Shown piece after piece: positions 11,578 to 21,577 of a DNA stretch of 64,000 bases. The notes under the pieces are model-generated. The model was not told the DNA's origin. It ran no database searches and saw nothing but the letters and a program-made list of their open reading frames with translations. The position numbers and the translations under genes are program-made. Origin of the DNA: Candidatus Omnitrophota bacterium (GTDB lineage: Bacteria > Omnitrophota > Gorgyraeia > Tantalellales > Tantalellaceae); NCBI GenBank assembly GCA_034723315.1, contig JAYEOV010000017.1:6612-70611 (forward strand). Direction: 5' to 3'. The first letter of the stretch is position 1; each line of letters starts with the position of its first letter.

Positions 11578-11643
11578 TCTTTTTTGAAAGAAAAAGGCTA
11601 AAAATATTGTCTATAATAGTGTAGGGTAGTGTCAAAAATAATA

Positions 11644-11729
11644 TGAAAGAAAGGGCAAGTATTTCCCCCCTTTGAAAGAAAGGGCAAGTATTTCCCCCTT
11701 TGAAAGAAAGGGCAAGTATTTCCCCCCTT
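11644..11729 (+). repeat. Three tandem 28-29-bp direct repeats
   Basis: TGAAAGAAAGGGCAAGTATTTCCCCC(C)TT at 11644, 11673 and 11701; the last unit runs into the left inverted repeat of the DUF559 element. Confidence 0.9.
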
Positions 11730-12162
11730 TGAAAAAGGGGGTTAGGGGGATTTTCTTTTTAGGATGTTAAAATACAACGTGAATTTAAAACACAAAGCTC
11801 GTCGATTACGCAGGGAAATGACAGATAGTGAGCGAGCGTTATGGACGAGGTTACGGGGAAAACAAATTTTAGATATTCAATTTTATCGGCAGAAGCCCAT
11901 TGGGGGCTATATTGTAGATTTTTATGCATCCCAGGCAAGGATTGTAGTAGAAGTGGATGGGGCACAGCATATGGAAACAGATCAGGAACAAAAAGATGCA
12001 CAACGAGATATATACTTGAAGAACGAGGGATTATATGTATTGCGTTTTAACAATCTACAAGTTTTGCAAGAGCTGGATTCTGTTATGGAAGTGATTTATC
12101 AAGCAGTAAAAGAAAGATTAGAAACTAAAAAATCCCCCTAACCCCCTTTTTCAAAGGGGGGA
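11721..12162. mobile_element. DUF559 nuclease cassette bounded by perfect 34-bp inverted repeats
   Basis: TCCCCCCTTTGAAAAAGGGGGTTAGGGGGATTTT at 11721-11754 and its exact reverse complement at 12129-12162; AT-rich interior. Confidence 0.7.
11764..12141 (+). CDS. DUF559 / Vsr-like endonuclease domain protein
   Basis: ARRLRREMTDSERALW, FYRQKPIGGYIVDFY, VEVDGAQH, VLRF. Confidence 0.9.
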   Translation: MLKYNVNLKHKARRLRREMTDSERALWTRLRGKQILDIQFYRQKPIGGYIVDFYASQARIVVEVDGAQHMETDQEQKDAQRDIYLKNEGLYVLRFNNLQVLQELDSVMEVIYQAVKERLETKKSP

Positions 12163-12315
12163 GGGGAGTAAGTATAACGCATTCATTTAAATAGAGGGCC
12201 TCTGGGAAACCGTGCAAGCCTAATAGGCTATTAAGAAGGTTCCCTGCCAGGAAAGCGGGAATCCACTGTTGGCGGTTAGCAGTGATACGCGATACGGAAC
12301 ACGCGATACGAAAAA

Positions 12316-14967
12316 ATGGACCTCATAGTCACCCATAAGAACTCGGATTTTGACGCTTTGAGCTCACTTGTAGCCGCAAGCAAGCTTTATCCCAGGGCCA
12401 GGCTGCTGCTTCCCGGGTCCCAGGAAAGGTCTGTGCGCAGTTTTCTCTCGCTTATAAAGGATAAGGTTAAGATAGAGAGCGAGAAGACCTGTCGCATGGA
12501 TGACGTTACTCGCCTTGTGATCGTGGACAACCGCCACAGGTCGCGTATCGGGATCGCGGCAAAACTCCTGGATAAACAAGGCGTCAAAGTGCATGTGTAC
12601 GATCATCATCCCAGGACAAGGTTCGACATAAAAGCCGATAAGGACGTGTTCAAAGAGGTCGGGGCGACCGTTTCCATCCTGCTGGAGATACTGGCAAGGA
12701 AGAGAAAACTGTCTTTGAGCCCTCTGGAAGCCACGTTGATGCTTCTGGGGATATACGAAGAAACGGGATCCCTTTCTTACTCGACGACGACCAGGCTTGA
12801 AGTGGACATGGTCAGCAGTCTCCTGGAGATGGGGGCGAACCTGAACGCCGTCTCATCCTACCTGAACAGAGAACTCACCGGCACGGAACTCTCGACGCTG
12901 ATAGAACTGCTGGAATCGATAGAGATCGCGGACATAAACGGCATAAATGTGGCTTTCGCGCACGTGGACGCGGACCGTCTGGACGGTGAAATGGGGACTG
13001 TTGTCCACAAACTGCAGGAGGTGGAGAATTATCCCGTCCTTTTCGCGATGTTCCGATCCCACGGAAGGATAAAGATCCTTGCGAGGAGCCGTGTCAATAT
13101 CATAGATGTGAACAAGCTTCTCGCGCACTTTAACGGGGCCGGTCATTCCAGCGCGGCAAGCGCCCGAATAGAAGACAGTTCCCTGAGTGAGGTGAAGGAG
13201 GATATCCTGCGCATAATAGGCAGGATGACCGAACCGGAAGTTTATGCCCGGGATATAATGACATTTCCCGTAAAGACGGTCTCACAGGAAGAAAAGGTTG
13301 ACGATGTCCTTGAGAAACTTGACCGTTTCGGGCATAAAGGGGCCCCGGTGCTCAATGAGAACGCTGAACTGACGGGCATGATAACTCTTGGAGACCTGAA
13401 AAAAGCGCTGAAACACGGGATGGGGCACTCCAGGATCAAAGGATACATGTCAACACCTTTAATAACCGTTACTCCCGGAGTTCCGCTGTATGAGCTCAGA
13501 AAGATACTGCTGGAGAAGGATAAGGGGCGCATACCTGTGATCAAGGACAACAATCTGGTCGGGATAGTGACGAGAAATGACGTTTTGAAGAAGATACACG
13601 GCGCGTTTTTCCCGGAGAAACCGGGGGAGGAGATCGCCGTGTCGAACATGTCCGAGGAGATGAGCAAAGTGCTCCCCGGGAAGCTCATGAAGCTGATAAG
13701 GCTTATCGGCGCGGAAGGGGACTCGCGCGGGATGAATGTGTTCCTGGTCGGCGGTTTTGTGCGCGACCTCCTGCTCGGGAAAGAGAATTATGACCTTGAT
13801 ATGGTCGTCGAAGGGAACGCCATAAAGTTCGGAAGGGTCCTTGCCGAAAAGATAGGCGGGTCTCTGGTCGTCCATCGCAAGTTCGGGACGTCCACGCTGG
13901 TAAAGGAGTGGCCGAAATGGCTGGGGCCGTCCCTTCATCCCGACAACAAGTTCAAGATAGACATTGCCACCGCCAGAAAAGAGGTTTACGAAAGACCCGC
14001 GGCCTTGCCCACGGTAGAATTCAGTTCCTTAAGGGACGATGTTTACCGCCGGGATTTCACGATAAACGCCATGGCCGTTAACATCAATAAAAAGAATTTT
14101 GGCCTGTTCCTGGATTTTTTCGGGGGTATGAACGATCTGCGAAGAGGGGTCATAAGGGTGCTGCATGACAAGAGCTTTATTGACGATCCTACCCGGATCT
14201 TCCGGGCGGTGAGGTTCGAGCAGAGGTTCGGTTTTTCGATCGAGACGCATACCGAATACCTGATCACTCACGCGGTAAAACGGGAAATGTTCCGCAGGAC
14301 CGAGAACCAGAGGATAAGGGATGAGTTGATACTGATATTGAAGGAAAAGGATCCCGAAAAGGCCGTTTTCAGGATGAGGGAACTACACGAGCTTCGATTC
14401 ATTCATCCTGAACTGGTGCTGAAAAGGACCATCGGAAAGACCTTCAGCGATATGAGAAGACGCGTCAAATGGTATGAGGCTAAAGCCGCGGGAAAGCGCC
14501 AGCTTGACATCTGGCTCATGAACCTTATGGTCATACTGGACAAGCTCACAGCGGAGCAGACAGAGGAAGTCCTTAGAAAGTTCGTGTTTACCAGAAGCGT
14601 AAGCATAAGGCTGCGGTCTTTCAAGAAAGAGGCGGATAAAGCCATAAAAAAACTTTCTTCCGGGAAAAGGATGATGCCGAGCCGGATCTATAGCCTCCTG
14701 GAGCCGTTTTCGCACGAAGTCACGCTCTGCGCTATGGCTAAGACAAAGTCCGAGGTGGCCAGAAGGCGCATCAGAAGGTTTTTTACCGAATATAACGGAA
14801 CGACACTGCTCGTCAAGGGGGAAGACATCAAAAGGGAAGGTGTAAAACCCGGCCCGAAGTACAAAAAGATACTGCGGCGGATCCTTTACAAAAAACTGGA
14901 CGGGAAACTCCTGTCGAGGAAAGATGAGATCGGGTACATGCGGGAGGTGATCGGTAAGGGGAAATAA
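12316..14967 (+). CDS. DHH + CBS + tRNA nucleotidyltransferase (CCA/A-adding type)
   Basis: N-terminal DHHP, CBS pair, VGGFVRDLL, DLD, RRDFTINAM, DDPTRIFRAVRF. Confidence 0.9.
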   Translation: MDLIVTHKNSDFDALSSLVAASKLYPRARLLLPGSQERSVRSFLSLIKDKVKIESEKTCRMDDVTRLVIVDNRHRSRIGIAAKLLDKQGVKVHVYDHHPRTRFDIKADKDVFKEVGATVSILLEILARKRKLSLSPLEATLMLLGIYEETGSLSYSTTTRLEVDMVSSLLEMGANLNAVSSYLNRELTGTELSTLIELLESIEIADINGINVAFAHVDADRLDGEMGTVVHKLQEVENYPVLFAMFRSHGRIKILARSRVNIIDVNKLLAHFNGAGHSSAASARIEDSSLSEVKEDILRIIGRMTEPEVYARDIMTFPVKTVSQEEKVDDVLEKLDRFGHKGAPVLNENAELTGMITLGDLKKALKHGMGHSRIKGYMSTPLITVTPGVPLYELRKILLEKDKGRIPVIKDNNLVGIVTRNDVLKKIHGAFFPEKPGEEIAVSNMSEEMSKVLPGKLMKLIRLIGAEGDSRGMNVFLVGGFVRDLLLGKENYDLDMVVEGNAIKFGRVLAEKIGGSLVVHRKFGTSTLVKEWPKWLGPSLHPDNKFKIDIATARKEVYERPAALPTVEFSSLRDDVYRRDFTINAMAVNINKKNFGLFLDFFGGMNDLRRGVIRVLHDKSFIDDPTRIFRAVRFEQRFGFSIETHTEYLITHAVKREMFRRTENQRIRDELILILKEKDPEKAVFRMRELHELRFIHPELVLKRTIGKTFSDMRRRVKWYEAKAAGKRQLDIWLMNLMVILDKLTAEQTEEVLRKFVFTRSVSIRLRSFKKEADKAIKKLSSGKRMMPSRIYSLLEPFSHEVTLCAMAKTKSEVARRRIRRFFTEYNGTTLLVKGEDIKREGVKPGPKYKKILRRILYKKLDGKLLSRKDEIGYMREVIGKGK

Positions 14968-14999
14968 TAAGGGTAAAGGAACGAGGTCTGGTCAAAACG

Positions 15000-15281
15000 G
15001 TGAATGTCGGCATATTGACGATAGATATCCATTTAAGAGAAAGCGGATGCCTTAAGGATAAGCGAAGGGTGCTCAGAAGGCTGAAAGACAGGATGCGGAA
15101 CAATTTTAATGTTTCCGTTGCCGAGATCGGTGACGCTGATAAATGGCAGAAGGCGGTGCTTGCGGTAGCCGTGGTTTCCAAAGGAAAAAAACACGTTTCG
15201 GAATGTCTTGACAAAATAATGAACTTTGTCAGGGAAGACAAAAGGATAACAGTGGTAGATTATTCGGCCGAAGTGCTTTAG
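15000..15281 (+). CDS. DUF503 (YlxP-like) protein
   Basis: LKDKRRV..FNVSVAE..D.WQ pattern; usual position before rbfA. Confidence 0.85.
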   Translation: MNVGILTIDIHLRESGCLKDKRRVLRRLKDRMRNNFNVSVAEIGDADKWQKAVLAVAVVSKGKKHVSECLDKIMNFVREDKRITVVDYSAEVL

Positions 15282-15390
15282 CGGGATCCCGGACAGGGGA
15301 TCTATGCGCGCCGGAGGCTAAGCGGTATACCACGTTAGGGAAGGGGCGGCCGGTGGAGCACTGCGGGCTTGCCTTCAGGTGGGGGGTGAA

Positions 15391-15780
15391 ATGATCAACA
15401 GGATGGACAGGATAGAGAGAGAACTGAAAAAGGAAATATTGCTGATCCTGCAGGAAGAGATCAACGATCCCCGCATCAGGCATGTAACGATAACGCGGGT
15501 GGAAGTGAACAGGGACCTCAGGATGGCAAAGGTGTTTTTCAGGATATCGGATGACGAAAGCATGAAAAAGGAAGTTATCAAAGGGCTGCGAAGCGCCTGC
15601 AGCTTTATCAGGGGCGAGTTGGCTGACAGGATGACGATGAAATTCATACCCGGAATATCTTTCAGGGAAGACAGAGAGGATGAAAAAAAAGAGGCCATAG
15701 ACGGTATTTTCGAAAGGATAGAAAAAGAACTTCAGAGCGGGGATGCGCGCGACACGGAAAGGACTAATGATGAGCAATGA
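15391..15780 (+). CDS. rbfA: Ribosome-binding factor A
   Basis: DPRIRHVTITRVEVNRDLRMAKVF, ..P.ISF..D. Confidence 0.92.
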   Translation: MINRMDRIERELKKEILLILQEEINDPRIRHVTITRVEVNRDLRMAKVFFRISDDESMKKEVIKGLRSACSFIRGELADRMTMKFIPGISFREDREDEKKEAIDGIFERIEKELQSGDARDTERTNDEQ

Positions 15781-16753
15781 TGGTATGGACAAGGTAATTG
15801 AGGCGTTCGGGACAAGGGACAATTTCTTGATAACGGCCCACGTTAATCCCGAGGGCGACTCTATCGGCAGCCAGCTTGCCGTCTATCGCGTGCTGGAAAA
15901 ACTGGGGAAAAAAGCCGTCATGGTTGACCATGACAAAGTGCCGGACAACCTCAAGTTCCTGCCGGGGTCCGAGCTGGTAGCCGGGGAGATACCCGGCGGA
16001 ATTCCGGTAAATACGGCTATTGTTCTTGATTGTCCTGTCGCCGAGCGCGCGGGAAGCGTTTACAAGAACCTTGAAGAAGCCGCCTTTGTTATTAACATAG
16101 ACCATCATGTAAGCAATGAATTCTTCGGGGACATCAACTGGGTCGAACCTGATTCAAGTTCCGTGGGGGAAATGATATTTAACCTTACGCGAGAACTCGG
16201 TATCGGTATGGATAAAGACATGGCGGCGGCGCTATATGCGGCGATAGTAACGGATACGGGCATGTTCAATTACTCAAACACTTCAAAAGAAACACATCTT
16301 GTGGCGGGGGAGTTAATAGGGAACGGTGCGGACCCCGGGAAGATCCACAGAGAGATATATGAAAAAAAATCAGTTCCTGATATCCGGCTGCTGGGCATGG
16401 CGCTGACCACGTTGTGTGTGGAAGCGGACGGCCGGCTGGCGCACATGAGCCTTACCAGACAGATGTACAGGGAGGAAGGGGTCGAACGTGTTTCCACGGA
16501 CGAATTCATTAATTTCCCCCGCTCCATAAAAGGCGTTGAAGTGGCCGTATTCTTCAAGGAGATAGATGACGCCTTGAAAAAGATAAATGTGAGCTTCCGG
16601 TCTTCGGGGACTATAGACGTGAATAAAATAGCGTCTCGTTTCGGAGGAGGCGGGCACCCGCAGGCCGCGGGCTGTCTGTTCGAAGGCAGTCTCGAGGGAG
16701 CGCGGGTTCAGGTGCTCGCGGAGGTAAAGAAGGCGTTGGGATATGGCATTTAA
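15767..16753 (+). CDS. nrnA: DHH/DHHA1 oligoribonuclease-pAp phosphatase (NrnA-like)
   Basis: HVNPEGD, NIDHH, TDTG.F, GGGGHPQAAG. Confidence 0.85.
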   Translation: MMSNDGMDKVIEAFGTRDNFLITAHVNPEGDSIGSQLAVYRVLEKLGKKAVMVDHDKVPDNLKFLPGSELVAGEIPGGIPVNTAIVLDCPVAERAGSVYKNLEEAAFVINIDHHVSNEFFGDINWVEPDSSSVGEMIFNLTRELGIGMDKDMAAALYAAIVTDTGMFNYSNTSKETHLVAGELIGNGADPGKIHREIYEKKSVPDIRLLGMALTTLCVEADGRLAHMSLTRQMYREEGVERVSTDEFINFPRSIKGVEVAVFFKEIDDALKKINVSFRSSGTIDVNKIASRFGGGGHPQAAGCLFEGSLEGARVQVLAEVKKALGYGI

Positions 16754-17444
16754 AGACAGGGAAGACCCGTTCGTTGGGATACTGGTCGTGAATAAGGAAA
16801 AAGGCATGACCAGCCACGATGTCGTCCAGCTCGTGCGCAGGAGGTTCGTCATAAAAAAGGTCGGGCACGCGGGGACGCTGGATCCGAACGCTACAGGCGT
16901 GCTCGTGCTTCTGCTTGGAAAGGCTACAAAACTCTCCGGCAGGTTCCTGAACGAGGATAAGGAATACATGGCCACGATGAAGCTCGGGGACAGGACGGAC
17001 AGCGGGGATAGTGACGGAAAAATGGTAATCAGCCGAGAGATAAGTTCATCCGAAGATGAGATAAAGGAGGCCGTTTCGGGATTCGTCGGGGAGATAAGCC
17101 AGGTCCCACCGATGGTGTCGGCAAAGAGAGTGAACGGTAAAAGATTATACAAGCTTGCGAGAAAAGGCGTGGAAGTAAAGAGGGAACCTAACAAAATAGT
17201 CATTTCAGGTATTGAAATAACGAACATAGACATGCCTTTCGTGCGGTTCCGGGTAGTTTGCAGTAAAGGCACTTATGTCAGGCAGCTGGCGGATGATATC
17301 GGTGAGAAGCTTGGTTGCGGGGCGCATCTTACGGATCTGCAACGGATCAGGTCCGGCTCGTTTACGTTGAAGGAAGCCGTTTCTTATTCAAGTCTGTTGG
17401 ACATGGACAGGAAAAAGCTGAATGAAAACATTTTACGGTTATAG
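16743..17444 (+). CDS. truB: tRNA pseudouridine(55) synthase
   Basis: KVGHAGTLDP, CSKGTYVR. Confidence 0.95.
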   Translation: MAFKDREDPFVGILVVNKEKGMTSHDVVQLVRRRFVIKKVGHAGTLDPNATGVLVLLLGKATKLSGRFLNEDKEYMATMKLGDRTDSGDSDGKMVISREISSSEDEIKEAVSGFVGEISQVPPMVSAKRVNGKRLYKLARKGVEVKREPNKIVISGIEITNIDMPFVRFRVVCSKGTYVRQLADDIGEKLGCGAHLTDLQRIRSGSFTLKEAVSYSSLLDMDRKKLNENILRL

Positions 17445-18396
17445 GAACCTGGATAAAAAACTGAGGGATCCGGTCGTTGCCATAGGAATATTTGACGGTA
17501 TTCATCTCGGCCATAAGCGTGTCATAAAAAAGGTCCTGAACGAACGCGGGCAGGGCAGCGATAAGGTGGTGATAACCTTTGACCCGCATCCCCAGACCGT
17601 TTTACGGCCGGACAAAACGTCTCCCCGTATCATGTCGCTTGAACATCGGCTGTTTATTTTTGAGAAGATGGGGATTGACGCGGTGGTGATAATCAGATTT
17701 ACGGATTTTATCGCCGCGATGTCTCCTGAAGATTTCGTCAAGAAGGTCCTCAGGGATGTGGGGGCAAGAAAGGTCTATGTCGGGAGTAATTTTCATTTTG
17801 GAAAAAGAAAGAGCGGAGATGCAAAGACATTGGAGAAAGCGGGTATGGATTGCGGGATAGACGTAAGAACAGTCCATCCCGTAAAAAAAGCAGGCCGGAT
17901 AGTCAGCAGCACATGGCTTCGCCGTCTTATTTCGGCGGGTAAGATCGAAATGGCCGAAGAACTGCTGCGGCGTCCCGTTTCAGTATTTGGCACAATAGTA
18001 GGCGGCGATAAACGTGGCGGGGAGTACGGGTTTCCAACAGCCAACGTTGACCCGCACCAGGAGGTAATACCTCCTCCGGGTGTGTACGCCGTAAAGATAG
18101 ACATAGCCGGGAAACTTTTCGATGGGGTCTTAAACATAGGGTTTAAGCCTACATTTTACGGCAGAAAGTTAAAAAAGAGAAAGGAACCCCATATCGAGGT
18201 CCACATACTGAACTTTGACGGTGACTTATACGGCAGGTATGTGGAAACATTCTTTATCCGCAGGTTGAGACGGGAAAAAAAGTTCAAGAACGCGGAAACC
18301 CTTAAACGGCAGATAGTGAAGGATGTCGGGAAAGCGGAAAAGTTCCTGTCCGGCAATAAGGCATTTCTGAAAATCAAGAGATATAAATACTTGTAA
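17422..18396 (+). CDS. ribF: Bifunctional riboflavin kinase / FAD synthetase
   Basis: FDGIHLGH, TFDPHP, ISST-like VSST, GFPTAN. Confidence 0.95.
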   Translation: MKTFYGYRNLDKKLRDPVVAIGIFDGIHLGHKRVIKKVLNERGQGSDKVVITFDPHPQTVLRPDKTSPRIMSLEHRLFIFEKMGIDAVVIIRFTDFIAAMSPEDFVKKVLRDVGARKVYVGSNFHFGKRKSGDAKTLEKAGMDCGIDVRTVHPVKKAGRIVSSTWLRRLISAGKIEMAEELLRRPVSVFGTIVGGDKRGGEYGFPTANVDPHQEVIPPPGVYAVKIDIAGKLFDGVLNIGFKPTFYGRKLKKRKEPHIEVHILNFDGDLYGRYVETFFIRRLRREKKFKNAETLKRQIVKDVGKAEKFLSGNKAFLKIKRYKYL

Positions 18397-18530
18397 ATTC
18401 AAGCCTTTCATTGTCCGCGCAGACAAGATACATCCCGGTATAGCAAATAATATAATTTACAAATAATATTCCATGTGCTAATATACTATAAAATGTTCTT
18501 AAATTATAAAGCCGAGAGGAGGTGATAGTC

Positions 18531-18800
18531 ATGGCTCTTGTTAAGGAAAAAAAAGAGGATATAATAAACACCTACAAACAACACAATACTGATACAGGTT
18601 CCCCGGAGATCCAGATCGCGCTTTTGAGCGAACGTATAACCACGTTGGCCGAGCATTTCAAAAAACACAAAAAGGATTTTCACTCCAGGAGGGGTCTTTT
18701 AATGCTCGTTAACAAGAGAAGAAAACTGCTAAGCTATCTGAAGAAGTGCGATAACGAGAAGTACAGGGAACTTATCAAAAAGCTGGGACTTAGAAAGTGA
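18531..18800 (+). CDS. rpsO: 30S ribosomal protein S15
   Basis: [22 protein letters not shown]; AGGAGG Shine-Dalgarno. Confidence 0.98.
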   Translation: MALVKEKKEDIINTYKQHNTDTGSPEIQIALLSERITTLAEHFKKHKKDFHSRRGLLMLVNKRRKLLSYLKKCDNEKYRELIKKLGLRK

Positions 18801-18857
18801 CCTAAGCCCTCTTCCCCTGGATCAATAACAATAACAAATCAAGAATGGATAAAAAAT

Positions 18858-20963
18858 ATGGAACAAGTTAAAACTAAACTTGGCAATGAGGACCTTATAA
18901 TCGAAACCGGCCAGCTGGCCAGGCAGGCAGACGGCGCAGTGACCGTTACATGCGGCGGGACTATGGTGCTGGTCGCATGCGTATGTTCGCAGCACCCTAA
19001 AGAAGGGTTGAATTTTTTTCCTTTAACGGTCGAGTATCAGGAAAAGACATTCGCGGCGGGCAAGATCCCCGGAGGTTTTTTCAAAAGAGAAGGACGGCCT
19101 ACCGAAAAAGAGATCCTGACAGCAAGGATGATAGACAGGCCGATCAGGCCGCTTTTTCCGGAAGGGATGAAAAACGAGGTCCAGGTCATAGCCACCGTCC
19201 TATCTTCGGACGGAAAGAATGATTCGGATATTCTGGCGCTCATCGGAGCATCCGCGGCGCTCACGATATCAGATATACCTTTTAACGGCCCGATCGGCGG
19301 CATGAGAGTGGGGCTTATAGACGGTCAGTTTGTGGCGAATCCGACTTACGGGGAATTAGAGGAAAGCGAACTGGACCTTGTCGTGGTCGCTAATGAAGAA
19401 AGCGTTGTGATGCTTGAAGCGGGAGCCGAAAAGATAAGCGAAGAAAAGACGATCGAAGCCATAAAGTTCGGATACGAAGCGCTGAAGGCGCTGATCGATA
19501 TACAGAAAGAATTGCGTGAAAAAACGGCAAAACCGAAAAGGGAAGACATAACCTATGTTGAAATAAGGGAAGACCTGTACCAGAGGTTAAAACAGAAGGC
19601 CGGTGGCAAGTTGCTGGAGGTCAACCGGCTTCCGGTGAAACATCAGCGTTTTGAGGAACGTGAACTGTTAAAAGAGAAACTGGTCGGGGAAGAAGACCCG
19701 GAAAGCAGCGAGAACCTGGAGCTGGATGTGAAACTCGCTTTGGAGAAGGTCGAAAAAGAGGTCGTCAGGGATTTCATGCTGAAGGAAAAACAGAGGGTCG
19801 ATGGACGGTCTTTTGACGAGATAAGAACTTTGCTTTCCGAGATAAATGTGCTGCCGAGAACTCACGGGTCGGGACTTTTCACCCGCGGCGAGACTCAGGC
19901 GCTCGCGGTGACCACGCTGGGGACAAGTTCTGACGAACAAAGGATAGAAGGGTTCAAAGGCGAAGGTTACAAGAGCTTCATGCTTCATTATAATTTTCCG
20001 CCGTTCAGCGTTGGCGATGTCAGGCCCATGCGCGGTCCCGGCAGGAGGGAGATCGGGCACGGAGCTCTTGCCGAAAAGGCGTTGAGGCCGCTGATCCCCG
20101 AGAAAGAAAAATTCCCTTATACCGTGAGGGTGGTGTCGGAAATACTGGAGTCCAACGGGTCCAGTTCAATGGCTACGGTCTGCGCTACTTCTCTTTCTCT
20201 CATGGCGAGCGGTGTCCCAATATCCGAAGCGGTCGGCGGGATAGCGATGGGGCTCATAAAGCAAGGCGATGATCATGCAATACTCACTGACATAGCCGGA
20301 GTTGAAGACCATTACGGTGATATGGACTTCAAAGTGGCGGGTACAAAGACCGGGATAACGGCTGTCCAGATGGACCTCAAGATCCATGGCGTCAGTTTTA
20401 AGATCATCGAAGAGGCATTTACAAGGGCGAAAAAGGCTCGGCTGGAGATACTTGAGAATATGGGTAAAACGATAGCGGAGCCGCTTGGGGAGATAGCGCC
20501 GAACGCGCCGCGTATCGTTACCGTGATGGTCGCGGTTGACAAGATCCGGGAAGTCATAGGGCCCGGAGGCAAGATGATCCGTAAGATCATAGCTGAAACG
20601 GGCGCTGACATAAACATAGAGGATGACGGGTCGTGCCAGATCGCCTCGGTGGATAAAGAGTCCCTTGATAAGGCGGTCCAATGGGTAAAAGATATAACCG
20701 CGGAACCGGAAGTGGGAAAGATCTATAACGGGAGTATAACCAAGTTAATGAATTTCGGGGCTTTCTGTGAATTCATGCCGGGGAAGGAAGGCCTGATCCA
20801 CGTTTCCGAGCTTTCGGACGAATACGTGAAAGAAGTCACCGAAGTTGTAAAAGAAGGTCAGGAAGTCAAGGTAAAGCTCATCAAGGTTGATGAGCAGGGC
20901 CGTATTAACCTGAGCATAAAACAGGCGAAAGAGGACACTTCCGGCCAGGATAAGGAGACATAA
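18858..20963 (+). CDS. pnp: Polyribonucleotide nucleotidyltransferase
   Basis: [37 protein letters not shown] and S1 domains. Confidence 0.98.
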   Translation: MEQVKTKLGNEDLIIETGQLARQADGAVTVTCGGTMVLVACVCSQHPKEGLNFFPLTVEYQEKTFAAGKIPGGFFKREGRPTEKEILTARMIDRPIRPLFPEGMKNEVQVIATVLSSDGKNDSDILALIGASAALTISDIPFNGPIGGMRVGLIDGQFVANPTYGELEESELDLVVVANEESVVMLEAGAEKISEEKTIEAIKFGYEALKALIDIQKELREKTAKPKREDITYVEIREDLYQRLKQKAGGKLLEVNRLPVKHQRFEERELLKEKLVGEEDPESSENLELDVKLALEKVEKEVVRDFMLKEKQRVDGRSFDEIRTLLSEINVLPRTHGSGLFTRGETQALAVTTLGTSSDEQRIEGFKGEGYKSFMLHYNFPPFSVGDVRPMRGPGRREIGHGALAEKALRPLIPEKEKFPYTVRVVSEILESNGSSSMATVCATSLSLMASGVPISEAVGGIAMGLIKQGDDHAILTDIAGVEDHYGDMDFKVAGTKTGITAVQMDLKIHGVSFKIIEEAFTRAKKARLEILENMGKTIAEPLGEIAPNAPRIVTVMVAVDKIREVIGPGGKMIRKIIAETGADINIEDDGSCQIASVDKESLDKAVQWVKDITAEPEVGKIYNGSITKLMNFGAFCEFMPGKEGLIHVSELSDEYVKEVTEVVKEGQEVKVKLIKVDEQGRINLSIKQAKEDTSGQDKET

Positions 20964-21031
20964 CCGCCATCGCGCGTTTCCTTAGAACGCATTTCACAGG
21001 TAAAGCGAACGGTTTTACACTATCAGTATCA

Positions 21032-21481
21032 GTGAAGACGATACACGTTAAAATAAAACGCAAAGAAAGCGCGAAAGACCTTCCGATCCCGACCTACGCT
21101 ACCAGCGGATCCAGTGGAGTGGATCTCTATGCCGACGTTGAAGGCGAGACAGAGATCTCTCCGGGAGAAATAAAGCTGATATCCTGCGGCATTTACATTG
21201 AACTTCCCGATGGATATGAAGCTCAAATAAGGCCCAGGAGCGGTTTGGCTTTGAAACACGGCATTACCTTGGTGAACACTCCCGGGACCATCGACAGTGA
21301 TTACCGCGGCCTGATCAACCTCATAGTCATAAATCTCGGCAAAGAGGATTTTCTCCTCAGGCGCGGACAAAGACTGGCCCAGATGGTTTTTCGCGAGATC
21401 ACACGCGCCGAGTTCCGGGAAACGGAAGAAATCGGCGAGACTGAGAGATCGCACGGCGGGTTTGGGCACACGGGTATTTAG
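21032..21481 (+). CDS. dut: dUTP diphosphatase
   Basis: [27 protein letters not shown]. Confidence 0.95.
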   Translation: MKTIHVKIKRKESAKDLPIPTYATSGSSGVDLYADVEGETEISPGEIKLISCGIYIELPDGYEAQIRPRSGLALKHGITLVNTPGTIDSDYRGLINLIVINLGKEDFLLRRGQRLAQMVFREITRAEFRETEEIGETERSHGGFGHTGI

Positions 21482-21577
21482 TGCAACGTTAAGTAAATAA
21501 TGTTGCATTGATAATCATAACCTTATTTGTTTAACAAGACATTAGTTAAGTGTTCACGGTGATGGATTATCCAAGAT

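Noticed and set aside
11644-11734. 28-29-bp direct repeats as a CRISPR array
   Set aside because: Units are contiguous with no spacers and there are no cas genes.
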